Source: Desulfurococcales archaeon (GTDB lineage Archaea > Thermoproteota > Thermoprotei_A > Sulfolobales > Desulfurococcaceae). Taken from it: 64,000 nt of DNA. The notes beneath the pieces were generated by a model, which saw only the letters and a program-made list of their open reading frames with translations, searched no databases and was not told the DNA's origin. Every line of letters begins with the position of its first letter. The stretch's first letter is position 1. The position numbers and the translations under genes are program-made. The stretch is from assembly GCA_027022365.1 (NCBI GenBank), contig JALVYU010000011.1:64001-128000 (forward strand). Reading direction: 5' to 3'. Shown here one piece after another: positions 19,793 through 28,428 of this stretch.

Positions 19793-19820
19793 GGGTGAAC
19801 AACTTCTAGGAAGTGAGAAC

Positions 19821-20201
19821 ATGAGGAGCCTAGTAGCCCTCCTAACATTTATAGGTATACCGGTTGCCGCCGCCTCTGTAATCACTACGTTATTACATGA
19901 GTCTAGGCCCCTCACGCTCCGGGATTTGTCTGAGAGAACAGGATATGCTAAGAGTCATCTTTCAACGCATTTGAAGCATTTGGTTAATGCGGGTCTCGTG
20001 GAGATCCATCATGAGAAAGGGAAGATCAGGTACAGTGTTAGGAAAAAGGCGGTTGTTCAGTTGCTGCAACAGCATCTTCATAAGCTCCATATCTATATCC
20101 GCCAGGTCTCCAGCGAGATAAACGATCACGATCTCAAGAGGGAGCTCGACGAGATCGCTCACAGTATTTCACAGTTGTTTTCACGGGGTGAGAAGCAGTG
20201 A
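19821..20201 (+). CDS. Winged HTH transcriptional regulator (ArsR/TrmB/GbsR-like)
   Basis: PLTLRDLSERTGYAKSHLSTHLKHLVNAGLV. Confidence 0.82.
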   Translation: MRSLVALLTFIGIPVAAASVITTLLHESRPLTLRDLSERTGYAKSHLSTHLKHLVNAGLVEIHHEKGKIRYSVRKKAVVQLLQQHLHKLHIYIRQVSSEINDHDLKRELDEIAHSISQLFSRGEKQ

Positions 20202-20575
20202 AGAGCCTGCGTGTACTTGAAGAAAACAATACATGCATTATCCTCGGCTTTAACGGGAAGGGCTCAGATGTTGCTCTAGTAGCCTATAACGAGTTGGCGA
20301 GGATCTCAGCGAGAACCAGGTGCCGTAGGTTCACGTTCTTCATAGTTACGAATAAGCCTTCGCCATACTATATCGAGGACTTGAGATATGTTTTGCAGAA
20401 CAATATAGCGTACACGATTGTTATGAGATACGTAGGTCTCGACATGGAGAAACTATCTCGGCTTATTGATGAGATCAGGAGCTCCGGTAAGCCCTTGATC
20501 GGCGTAGTCGAATCCGATATGGAGGAAATATCCCGTCTCCTCGAGGAGAAAGGAGTCCAGGTTATAAGGGTCTAG
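20198..20575 (+). CDS. Hypothetical protein
   Basis: 125-aa ORF coupled (GTGA overlap) between the regulator and the radical SAM gene. Confidence 0.7.
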   Translation: MKSLRVLEENNTCIILGFNGKGSDVALVAYNELARISARTRCRRFTFFIVTNKPSPYYIEDLRYVLQNNIAYTIVMRYVGLDMEKLSRLIDEIRSSGKPLIGVVESDMEEISRLLEEKGVQVIRV

Positions 20576-20586
20576 GGGGTGAGACC

Positions 20587-22107
20587 ATGGGCAAGTACGA
20601 GGTCGTCCTAACCGTTGATAGGTCCATGATGAGCAATCATCATGGGAAGGAATTCCTCGGCTTCATGGCTACCGGGCCGGCAATGGGCATACCCGAGAAG
20701 CTATGGCAGTGGCTCGCCGCCCCGAAGATCAAGGTTGACTCGGAGGGCAGACCGGTACAAGCACCCTATGGTATGAGGAAGGTCGAGGCGGTACTGATAG
20801 ACGCCGGGTTCAAGGCCGCGATAATAGACCCTGATCATCTACACAAGCACCTTGACACCATGAAGGTCATGATGGTGGGTCACCACGACTACTTCGCATA
20901 CGGGCCGCCTAGTAGCGAGTTCTGGAGCATGACGGGTAAGGAGCCGCTTAACAGGAGGCTATTCATAAAGTTCATGAACAGCCCGGTCGTAAGGAAGGCC
21001 AAGGAGAAGGGAGTAAGATTCATAATGGGTGGTCCGGCGGCCTGGCAGTGGCTATGGGAGCTCGAGCTGTGGAAGAAGTGGGGTGTCGACACCGTCATTG
21101 AGGGGGAGGTGGAGCGGGTAATAGTTGATCTGGTTCAGAAGGCTCTCGACGGGGAGGAGCTCCCGGACTACGTGTACGTGGGCCCCGGCGACTCTCCGAG
21201 CATTGAAGAAATACCTGTTATCAAGGCAGCGAGCGTGAACGGCTTAGTAGAGATTATGAGGGGTTGTCCTAGGGGCTGCAAGTTCTGTAGTGTAACGCTC
21301 AGACCGCTACGCTTTATCCCTCTAGAGAAGATCAGGGAGGAGATAAGGGTCAATAAGAAGGCCGGGATAAAAGGAGTCATACTACATAGTGAAGACGTCC
21401 TACTGTATGGTGCAGACGGTGTTAGGCCGCGTCCAGAGCCATTGTTGAAGCTACATAAAATGGTCGCCGAGGAAGTCGGGCCGAAGGGCGATATCGCGTG
21501 GGCGCACGCCAGCCTTGCCGCTATCAAGTATGCGGAGGAGGAGTACGGCCTGGTGTCCAAGCTCATGCACGAGTACATTCTCAACGAGCACAGGAACCTG
21601 CTCGGCCTAGAGGTAGGCATTGAGACGGGTAGCCCGAGGCTAGCCAAGATCATAATGCCCGCGAAGAGCCTACCCTACAAGCCGGAGGAGTGGCCCGACG
21701 TGGTGGAGGATGCGTTCAGGATAATGCATGAGAACTACATGATACCGGCCGCTACACTAATCCTAGGCCTCCCCGAGGAGAAGCCCGAAGACGTTGTCAA
21801 GACCCTTGAGCTGCTTGACAGGCTCAGGCCGTATAGGAGCGTGATTGTGCCGATGTTCTTCGTGCCTATGGGTGCGTTGAAGAAGAACATGTGGTTCATG
21901 AGGGAGCACTTGAAGCCCGAACATATTGATGTCCTCGTGAAGTGCTTGGAGCACTCGATCTACTGGGCCGAGGAGATCATCAATAGGTTCTACCTCAAGG
22001 AGCCCTACCTTGCCCCGGTGAGGCTGGGCATAAAGCTCTTCCTAAGATTCGCTAAACGTGGGCTGAAGTCGCTGAAGCCAACTCTTGAGGCAATGATAAG
22101 GAAGTAG
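20587..22107 (+). CDS. B12-binding domain radical SAM protein
   Basis: APYGMRKVEA, MGGPAAWQ, RGCPRGCKFC (CxxxCxxC), GIETGS. Confidence 0.92.
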   Translation: MGKYEVVLTVDRSMMSNHHGKEFLGFMATGPAMGIPEKLWQWLAAPKIKVDSEGRPVQAPYGMRKVEAVLIDAGFKAAIIDPDHLHKHLDTMKVMMVGHHDYFAYGPPSSEFWSMTGKEPLNRRLFIKFMNSPVVRKAKEKGVRFIMGGPAAWQWLWELELWKKWGVDTVIEGEVERVIVDLVQKALDGEELPDYVYVGPGDSPSIEEIPVIKAASVNGLVEIMRGCPRGCKFCSVTLRPLRFIPLEKIREEIRVNKKAGIKGVILHSEDVLLYGADGVRPRPEPLLKLHKMVAEEVGPKGDIAWAHASLAAIKYAEEEYGLVSKLMHEYILNEHRNLLGLEVGIETGSPRLAKIIMPAKSLPYKPEEWPDVVEDAFRIMHENYMIPAATLILGLPEEKPEDVVKTLELLDRLRPYRSVIVPMFFVPMGALKKNMWFMREHLKPEHIDVLVKCLEHSIYWAEEIINRFYLKEPYLAPVRLGIKLFLRFAKRGLKSLKPTLEAMIRK

Positions 22108-22192
22108 GGCTTATCCCGGGGAAAACAATATTTTTTCCATAACCCCTATTCTCCATTTAATTAACAAGAAGTATTACTGCTTGGGTGGGATT

Positions 22193-23692
22193 ATGAGGTC
22201 ATTTTACATCACGACGCCGATATATTATCCCAATGCTCCACCACATATAGGGCATGCTTACACGACGGTTTTCGCCGACACCATTGCACGTTACCACCGC
22301 CTCGTAGGCGATGACGTCTTCTTCATGACGGGGACCGATGAGCATGGCCTCAAGCTTCAGAGGGCCGCGGAGGAGATGGGCATTAGTCCTAAGGAGCTCG
22401 TCGATAAAATGGCGGAAAAATACAAGTGGTACTGGAGCCTACTCGATATAAGCTATGATCACTTCATACGCACGACCCATGATTATCATGAACGCGTCGT
22501 GAAATACGCTATGAACAAGCTGTACCAGGAAGGCCTCATTTACAGGGCAAGCTATGCTGGCTGGTACTGTGTCAACTGTGAGAAATTCTATAGCACTGGC
22601 GAATACATAGAGATCGACGGTAAGCCCTACTGCCCAATACACCGTAAGCCCCTAGAGTGGCTGGAGGAGGAGACCTACTACTTCAAGCTCAGCGAGTTCG
22701 AGGACTTCATGAAGGACGTGCTCAGGAACAGGCATGTGGTCTATCCTGAGAGCTACGCCCAGGAGATTCTCGGCAAAATAGAGAAGGAGGGCCTCCGCGA
22801 CGTAAGTATTGCTAGGCCTAAGGAGCGTGTATGGTGGGGGATAGAGGTCCCGTTCGATCCAAACTACACGGTCTACGTTTGGTTCGATGCCCTCCTGAAC
22901 TATCTGAGCGGAATAGGGTTCCCCGAAGACATGGAGCGCTTCAACAAGTACTGGCCGGAGGTACACCATGTTATAGGCAAAGACATACTATGGTTCCACA
23001 CCGCCATATGGTTCTCAGTACTAAAAGCTCTAGAAGTCCCCCTGCCAAAGAAGCTCCTTGTCCACGCATTCCTCATAAACCGTGGCCTCAAGATCGGTAA
23101 GAGCGCCGGGAACGTGATAGCGATCGAGGACCTGCTAAGCAGGTATAACGACAGCAATGGCGTCAGATACATACTGATGAGGCTGTTCAACATGGCGAAA
23201 GACATAGAGGTGACCACGGAGCTCTTTGACTCAATATACAATAGCGAACTAGCCGACACCTACGGCAACCTCGTGAGACGCGTAGGCGTGCTAGTCAAGA
23301 AAAAGCTCGGGGGAACCGTGGAGGCGGGAGAAATCGATGGAGAACTCGAGAAAACACTGAAAGAAACCCTTGAAAACTACCGGGAGGCAATGGACAACTA
23401 CGATGTATCGAGAGCACTTACAACAGTAATGGATCTCCTACGCCGGGCAAACGCTTACATAAACGAGAGACGCCCATGGGAAAAACAAGACCCGACAAAA
23501 GAACTCTACACCCTACTAGAAACAATAAAATACTCAACAATAATGCTCTACCCCGCCATACCCAGAGCAGCGGAGAAAACAGCAGAAGCACTAGGCTTCA
23601 AGATAACAGACCCGTACCAAGAACCACCGACAACACAGAACAAATACGTGGTAAGACAAGCCCCGATACTCTTCAAGAAAATAAAAACCTAA
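22193..23692 (+). CDS. metG: Methionyl-tRNA synthetase (short form, no C-terminal dimerisation domain)
   Basis: YITTPIYYPN, PHIGH, TGTDEHG, YVWFDALLNY, GKDILWFH; KIGKS variant of KMSKS. Confidence 0.93.
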   Translation: MRSFYITTPIYYPNAPPHIGHAYTTVFADTIARYHRLVGDDVFFMTGTDEHGLKLQRAAEEMGISPKELVDKMAEKYKWYWSLLDISYDHFIRTTHDYHERVVKYAMNKLYQEGLIYRASYAGWYCVNCEKFYSTGEYIEIDGKPYCPIHRKPLEWLEEETYYFKLSEFEDFMKDVLRNRHVVYPESYAQEILGKIEKEGLRDVSIARPKERVWWGIEVPFDPNYTVYVWFDALLNYLSGIGFPEDMERFNKYWPEVHHVIGKDILWFHTAIWFSVLKALEVPLPKKLLVHAFLINRGLKIGKSAGNVIAIEDLLSRYNDSNGVRYILMRLFNMAKDIEVTTELFDSIYNSELADTYGNLVRRVGVLVKKKLGGTVEAGEIDGELEKTLKETLENYREAMDNYDVSRALTTVMDLLRRANAYINERRPWEKQDPTKELYTLLETIKYSTIMLYPAIPRAAEKTAEALGFKITDPYQEPPTTQNKYVVRQAPILFKKIKT

Positions 23693-23730
23693 ACAAAATA
23701 TTTCCTTCCGAATTAAACCATATCTTAGAA

Positions 23731-23808
23731 GGGCCCGTAGCCTAGCCTGGATAGGGCGCCGGCCTCCGGAGCCGGATGTCCCGGGTTCAAATCCCGGCGG
23801 GCCCGCCA
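23731..23808 (+). tRNA. tRNA-Arg(CCG), intronless, CCA encoded
   Basis: Acceptor GGGCCCG/CGGGCCC, anticodon arm CCGGC-CTCCGGA-GCCGG, T arm CCGGG-TTCAAAT-CCCGG, ends GCCA. Confidence 0.97.
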
Positions 23809-24009
23809 CTGATCTCAGACTTTTTCATAATTTTGTTTAATCTTGAAGAAAACTTCAATGTTAAGATGCATGACCTAAATTTCTAGGGTTTTTCTTGCTT
23901 CTACTAGGTAGTATGGCCAGAAAGCAAGCCACTTATTGAGGAGAATCTCTAATTCAACGCGCAGATAACTACTGTACTTCCTAATCTCATTTACTGGTGG
24001 TAGATAGCG

Positions 24010-24246
24010 TTAGAGTGCATTTTGCTTCAACAGTTTCTGTCCCTTCTTAGTATTGCGGAGCTTGGGGTCTAAGCCTTCATCAACTATAACTATCTTTGCG
24101 CCAGTAGTATAGAGTAGCTCATTGTATACTATCATGGGAATCGCCATACCTTCAACAATTGCTTCCATGATAACCTTCTCTGAGGCGCTTGTTAGCTCGG
24201 TCTCGAAGAGGAAGCTATAGATGATGTTCGTGTCAAGACATATCAT
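24010..24246 (-). pseudogene. Truncated VapC/PIN toxin
   Basis: ICLDTNII..IPMIVYNELLY PIN N-terminus but only 78 aa; the C-terminal acidic motifs are missing. Confidence 0.75.
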
Positions 24247-24452
24247 TGAACCTGAGCCTCTTCTTCGAGCTCCTGGAACTCCTCGATAGAGGATTTCCCG
24301 AGAATGCCTCTGTACTTTTTGATTAGCTCGTCTATATCCCTTTCCACTATAACCTTATACTCCTTGCCCTCCTCAAGGTCTATACTGCCCAAAGGCCTCA
24401 GCACACCCTTCTCGTACCTCACACGTATAACTTTATACAACTCCATCCCCAT
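24243..24452 (-). CDS. Antitoxin, DUF104/AF2212-like family
   Basis: KVIRVRYEKGVLRPLGSIDLEEG; ATGA overlap with the PIN gene. Confidence 0.88.
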   Translation of the reverse strand: MGMELYKVIRVRYEKGVLRPLGSIDLEEGKEYKVIVERDIDELIKKYRGILGKSSIEEFQELEEEAQVQ

Positions 24453-24575
24453 TCATACACTAGATACATTGGGCCAATTAGCCTTTTCCTGTATGGGTGT
24501 TTTCCAGATTATCCTCTCTGACATTCAATATGGATAATCTTTTGTGGAGGGTGTTTCCATTTCATGATTTCATCC

Positions 24576-24646
24576 GGAAACATTGTTCTTATATCCCAGG
24601 CCTTCGGAGCCGGATGTCCCGGGTCCCGAATCCCGGCGGCCCGACA
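24576..24646 (+). repeat. att-like repeat 1: GGAAAC..CTTATA arm plus tRNA-Arg 3' half copy
   Basis: GGCCTTCGGAGCCGGATGTCCCGGGTCCCGAATCCCGGCGGCCCGACA aligns to tRNA 23761-23808. Confidence 0.9.
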
Positions 24647-24776
24647 CTAAGTTTTAGTGTGTTAGTAAACATTATTCATTATAGTCTTCAGTGTATGCTT
24701 TAGGACAGTAGATGACAAAAGATATGTGATGTAGGAATGTTGATAAGATTCTATCTAATACTATGTAGGATGAGGG

Positions 24777-25001
24777 GTGCTGGTATTGTCTGAGGTAGTT
24801 GTTAAGGTGCCTAGGGGTGTTGATGCTGAGAAGGTTAAGCGTAGGATCGAGGCTATTCTTGACCTTGTGATTAGCGATGAGTTTGACAAATTCATGGAGT
24901 ACTTAGAAGAATACGCTCTCCTACGTCTTCAAGAAGAAAGTCTTCGGGAATTTCTAGAGGATGAGCCGGATGTCTACACCGAGGACGACATTAAAAGGTA
25001 A
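24777..25001 (+). CDS. Small acidic antitoxin partner of PemK/MazF toxin
   Basis: 74 aa, acidic C-terminus (EESLREFLEDEPDVYTEDDIK), overlaps the downstream toxin gene. Confidence 0.75.
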   Translation: MLVLSEVVVKVPRGVDAEKVKRRIEAILDLVISDEFDKFMEYLEEYALLRLQEESLREFLEDEPDVYTEDDIKR

Positions 25002-25341
25002 GATAGTGCTCATCTATTCCCCCTTCACCGACCTAACGGGTAGAAAGCTCCGGCCAGCACTAGTACTCTATGATAGTGGTAAAGATGTCGTTGTTGCATT
25101 CATATCCTCAAAGATAGAGAAATACGAGCCTGAGACCGATATCCTGATAAGTAAATCACATCCGGAGTTTCATCTCACCGGGCTTAAAACAGACTCAGTA
25201 TTGAAACTCTCAAAAATAGCCACCCTATATAAGAGACTAATAGCAGGAGAATTAGGCACCATAGGTGAGCAACTAAGAAATGAGATAAACCAGAAAATAA
25301 TAAAAATAAATATTATTAGTATAAACTCAGAGAAGACCTAG
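24961..25341 (+). CDS. PemK/MazF family toxin
   Basis: GKIVLIYSPFTDLTGRKLRPALVL, VAFISS, TGLKTDSVLKLSKIATL, GELG. Confidence 0.88.
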   Translation: MSRMSTPRTTLKGKIVLIYSPFTDLTGRKLRPALVLYDSGKDVVVAFISSKIEKYEPETDILISKSHPEFHLTGLKTDSVLKLSKIATLYKRLIAGELGTIGEQLRNEINQKIIKINIISINSEKT

Positions 25342-25501
25342 CATTATCAATAAAATTATTGCACGCTTTAAAACACTTATATCTAGTAAAACTTCAATAT
25401 TACCCAGCGCCTCCTAAATCTTTATGAAGATGTGTTTAATACTAGCCCATTCATACCTGAGTATAAAATGTAACTATTTACCCAGGTCATAATTAATTCT
25501 T

Positions 25502-25572
25502 GGACGTTTCCTTATAGGATCTGGTCTTTGGAGCCAATGAACCTCGGATCCATAATCCCGGCGGGCCCGCCA
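25502..25572 (+). repeat. att-like repeat 2: GGACGTTTCCTTATA arm plus tRNA-Arg 3' half copy
   Basis: The last 19 nt AATCCCGGCGGGCCCGCCA are identical to the tRNA 3' end; the anticodon-side part is diverged. Confidence 0.88.
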
Positions 25573-25624
25573 CAATGTATTTCTATTATTGTTTGTTTCA
25601 GGATGGGATACGGATAAGTAGTTT

Positions 25625-25999
25625 TTAAGAAAAGTGTTTACGGAGAAGCTGCCTAACAGTATCTAAGAATTTTTCTAGCGATGGGTCTTGTAGGGGATAT
25701 GCTTCTCCCCTTAGGTGTCTGTGGTGTGGATGGGTTTGGATTTCTGGGTGATGTGGCCGATTATCCCACCATTCCTCATAGTCATAAGCTCTCAGGTAGT
25801 AACCATAGGCTACGAGATTATTTCCTTGCCAGTACTCACGTATCACCACTACCGCGTTAGCGTGAGGGATGCTTATCCTTACGTTTAAGTACTCTATGTC
25901 TTCTTCATCCATGACATAATGCTCAATAACTCTGACTACAGGATCGTGCTTGCCCAGAAGCTTATTGATCAAGTTGAATATGTAGCGTAGCCTTGTCAA
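25625..25999 (-). CDS. Toxin, DUF6516/TumE-like family
   Basis: AYGYY..WWDNRPHHPEIQTHPHHRH motif. Confidence 0.82.
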   Translation of the reverse strand: MTRLRYIFNLINKLLGKHDPVVRVIEHYVMDEEDIEYLNVRISIPHANAVVVIREYWQGNNLVAYGYYLRAYDYEEWWDNRPHHPEIQTHPHHRHLRGEAYPLQDPSLEKFLDTVRQLLRKHFS

Positions 26000-26005
26000 T
26001 CCTCT

Positions 26006-26266
26006 TTATCCCTTAAGCATTGCCAGTATACGCTTCTTCCTCTCCTCTAGCTCTCTAAGTCTTCTCTTCAAGTAGAGGTATTCTGGCCAGAGAAGGTCTA
26101 CCTCCGGGTTATCAATGCCTCTACTAGTGAGAAGTTTCTCTAGCTCCTTCCAGTCCCCAACGCCTAGTCTTGCAGCCATTCTCTGAAGCCTAGCCTCGAC
26201 TACTGCAGCCTCTCTATTAATCCTCCTCAGCATTACCTCTAAGCTCTCACGTACAATAGGCTCCAA
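26006..26266 (-). CDS. Small helical antitoxin (TumA-like) upstream of DUF6516 toxin
   Basis: 86-aa helical ORF 6 bp upstream of the toxin on the same strand. Confidence 0.7.
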   Translation of the reverse strand: MEPIVRESLEVMLRRINREAAVVEARLQRMAARLGVGDWKELEKLLTSRGIDNPEVDLLWPEYLYLKRRLRELEERKKRILAMLKG

Positions 26267-26526
26267 GATCCTACCCCACTACATAAACTATTAATAAATC
26301 TAGTAAAAATGTCGTTAGCTATACCCGTGATAAGGGTCACTGCTATTCCTACCCCTATTACCATCTGAGACTAAAACAACTTCAATCTAATTCCTACTAA
26401 TGTAATACATGCTCTCCCTAACTAAAATTTTTGAAAACCGTACTTTAAACAATATTTATTGCCCCATATACCAAATAATAGGTATGAATTCCTACCGTAA
26501 CTGCCCCAGATCCTTATCAGCCCTTG

Positions 26527-26594
26527 GGACGTTTCCTTATAAGTGTCGGCCCCGGAGCCGGAGATCCCGGGTCCAGAATCCCGGCGAGCCCACC
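26527..26594 (+). repeat. att-like repeat 3: GGACGTTTCCTTATA arm plus tRNA-Arg 3' half copy
   Basis: CGGCCCCGGAGCCGGAGATCCCGGGTCCAGAATCCCGGCGAGCCCACC aligns to the tRNA 3' half; the 15-nt arm is identical to repeat 2. Confidence 0.9.
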
Positions 26595-26693
26595 CTTTTA
26601 TTCAATGAATTGTTTTGTTCTATGATAGAGAGACGTTGTGTTTGGGGAGAGGTTAAGAGGCCGGGAGGACGTAATGTGATTTGGTGAGGGATT

Positions 26694-26974
26694 ATGCCTT
26701 GTGTTTTGAAGCTCCCTCTTTCTAGGAACGCGGTGAAGAAATTGTTCGGTTCTTGGAGGGCGAGCATATCTAAAGGGTCTGGAGGACGTGCTTAGCCAGT
26801 ATTCTGAGAGGGTTGAGGAGGACATACTGGAGGATTTCCTAAGGGAGAGGAGGTAGCCCCGTGGGATCGAACCTGGTTGTCGACGTACTAGTCTTAATAT
26901 ATTCTTCTCTTCCACAAAAGAAGTTATATGATTACCCTGATTATATACGGTTGTATATGGTGGGTAACTCATAG
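26694..26974 (+). pseudogene. Decayed VapB-like antitoxin plus PIN toxin remnant
   Basis: Frameshifted small ORF ending LKGLEDVLSQYSERVEEDILEDFLRERR* (26856), then GTG at 26861 giving MGSNLVVD(TS), a PIN-like start that stops at 26974. Confidence 0.5.
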
Positions 26975-27028
26975 TTTAACTATGAAATCATATTGGTTCA
27001 GACTCCTGTAATTAGACATAGTTATAGA

Positions 27029-27396
27029 CTAGTGCTGCAAATGTTGGTCGTAGATCTCTATGTATTCATGCTCTATGACTATGAGTAGCCCGGGCTTAGG
27101 CTCTAGCTGACTGGCTATTGAGGCTATTCTCTCAGCCAGTCTTGGTATCTCGTTTTTGGAGGGCTGGTAGGAAATATAGATTACTCCATTCTTCGCTAGA
27201 GATAAAAGGCTTGGTGCTGTAAAGTCGGTGTCTCTCGTTAATATTGTCATTCCAAGCTCGCTTGCTGTATTAACTAGCTCCTTATCACTAATATCTCGGG
27301 TACCTAGATCTTGTAGACGGGCAACATCTATACTTTTCTGCCTCAAGAAGATTACCAGCTTTTAGGTATGTTTTCATCAGCCAGAAGCCTCAGCAA
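27029..27396 (-). pseudogene. DUF5615 (VapC45-like PIN) toxin, frameshifted near N-terminus
   Basis: TTG at 27396 gives MLRLLADENIPK, then a 1-nt deletion in the A-run (27360-27363). The rest (ISDKELV..TILTRDTDF..GVIYI) is in the 27029-27346 ORF. Confidence 0.8.
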
Positions 27397-27622
27397 CCAC
27401 TATAACTCTCTTCAGCGCCTTAGATGCAAACCTCAATGCTTCACATACAGCTTCCACCAGTATATCAAACTCCTCAGCAACCTCCTCGGGTTTCCAACCA
27501 GCAGCAAGCATATCTAGAATATCATCAACAGATACTCTTGTACCCTCCACAGTAGGCCTACCACGCCTACCAGGCACTATTTCAAGCCATTTATAACCAG
27601 GCAAGAGAACCATACCAGCCAC
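27377..27622 (-). CDS. DUF433 family antitoxin (VapB45-like)
   Basis: IVPGRRGRPTVEGTRVSVDDILDMLAAGWKPEEVAEEF. Confidence 0.9.
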   Translation of the reverse strand: MAGMVLLPGYKWLEIVPGRRGRPTVEGTRVSVDDILDMLAAGWKPEEVAEEFDILVEAVCEALRFASKALKRVIVVAEASG

Positions 27623-27849
27623 CGCTAAGCAATACTACCAAGAAAGGTTCTTTTATATTCTCAGCCCGAAGACTAGAATTAATCCCGGTTTCTAGTCTCA
27701 ACATTATTTCCCACGGATCAATTTCCAGGACCCTACATCTTCCATCTCATTAGCAGTCCTAAAATACTTAGACAGCCCTATTAACCATAAACAAACTCTC
27801 GTAATAATCTTCCTTGTCCACAGTCTTTTAGTTCCTCGTAGATAAATGG

Positions 27850-28088
27850 CGCCTAGCTAAAAAATCCTTAGCTCAGATAAGTTTAAAGTCTCTACAGTTA
27901 CAAAACCCCTTCAGATACTCAAACGAGCTAATAGTCCTTGGTGGGCCTAAGCCATGTTTTTCTCATCGTTTATTGTTCTAAGACTAGTGTAGACTTCATC
28001 ACTACCGGATAAAAATGTTAATGATTAGATCTGGCTTCGGCCTTATATCATGTAACAGGTATATTGGAGCGTTGGTGTCGACGTACAT
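27850..28088 (-). pseudogene. Decayed VapC/PIN toxin
   Basis: ATG overlapping the antitoxin stop gives MYVDTNAPIYLLHD..., then stops and frameshifts (EVYTSLRTIN in another frame); the 3' limit is approximate. Confidence 0.6.
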
Positions 28089-28300
28089 CAAAGATGCTCG
28101 GCCTCTTCTATCGCCTCCTCTAGGAGCTCTGGATTCACACGGCCCAAAACGCTTCGATACCTCTCCAGTATTCTTCCACTCCCTCCTATATTGATTATCT
28201 TGACAAGAAGCCCTTTGTTCTCATCCATGACAAGCGGCTCCTCAGGCGCCAGCACACCGCCCCTATATCTTACTCGGATGATCTTGGACAATCCTTGCAC
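28088..28300 (-). CDS. Antitoxin, DUF104/AF2212-like family (paralog of 24243-24452)
   Basis: KIIRVRYRGGVLAP..ILERYRSVLG..EEAIEEAEHL. Confidence 0.82.
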   Translation of the reverse strand: MQGLSKIIRVRYRGGVLAPEEPLVMDENKGLLVKIINIGGSGRILERYRSVLGRVNPELLEEAIEEAEHL

Positions 28301-28428
28301 CCGCCTAGTCTTACCAATAATTAACCAATTAGCTCTTCCTCAAGGAAGTTACTAGGTTATCATAATGGATGCCGGTCTCGGTGGTAATTGGTTTTGTGTA
28401 GTGTTTCCCGGTATAATGTTTTTCCTCT

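Noticed and set aside
23591-23809. ORF MAGPPGFEPGTSGSGG... resembling the att-encoded segment of SSV1-type integrase
   Set aside because: It is simply the antisense reading of tRNA-Arg(CCG). No intN upstream or catalytic intC (R..HxxR..Y) could be read next to the tRNA or any repeat.
24599-26594. Repeats as additional functional or split tRNA genes
   Set aside because: There is no 5' half or D arm, the T-loops are disrupted, and no complementary leader typical of split tRNAs is visible.
24497-26767. Short ORFs 24497-24703, 26409-26687 and 26537-26767 spanning the tRNA-like repeats
   Set aside because: They overlap the non-coding repeats and have no protein-like motifs; most likely chance ORFs.
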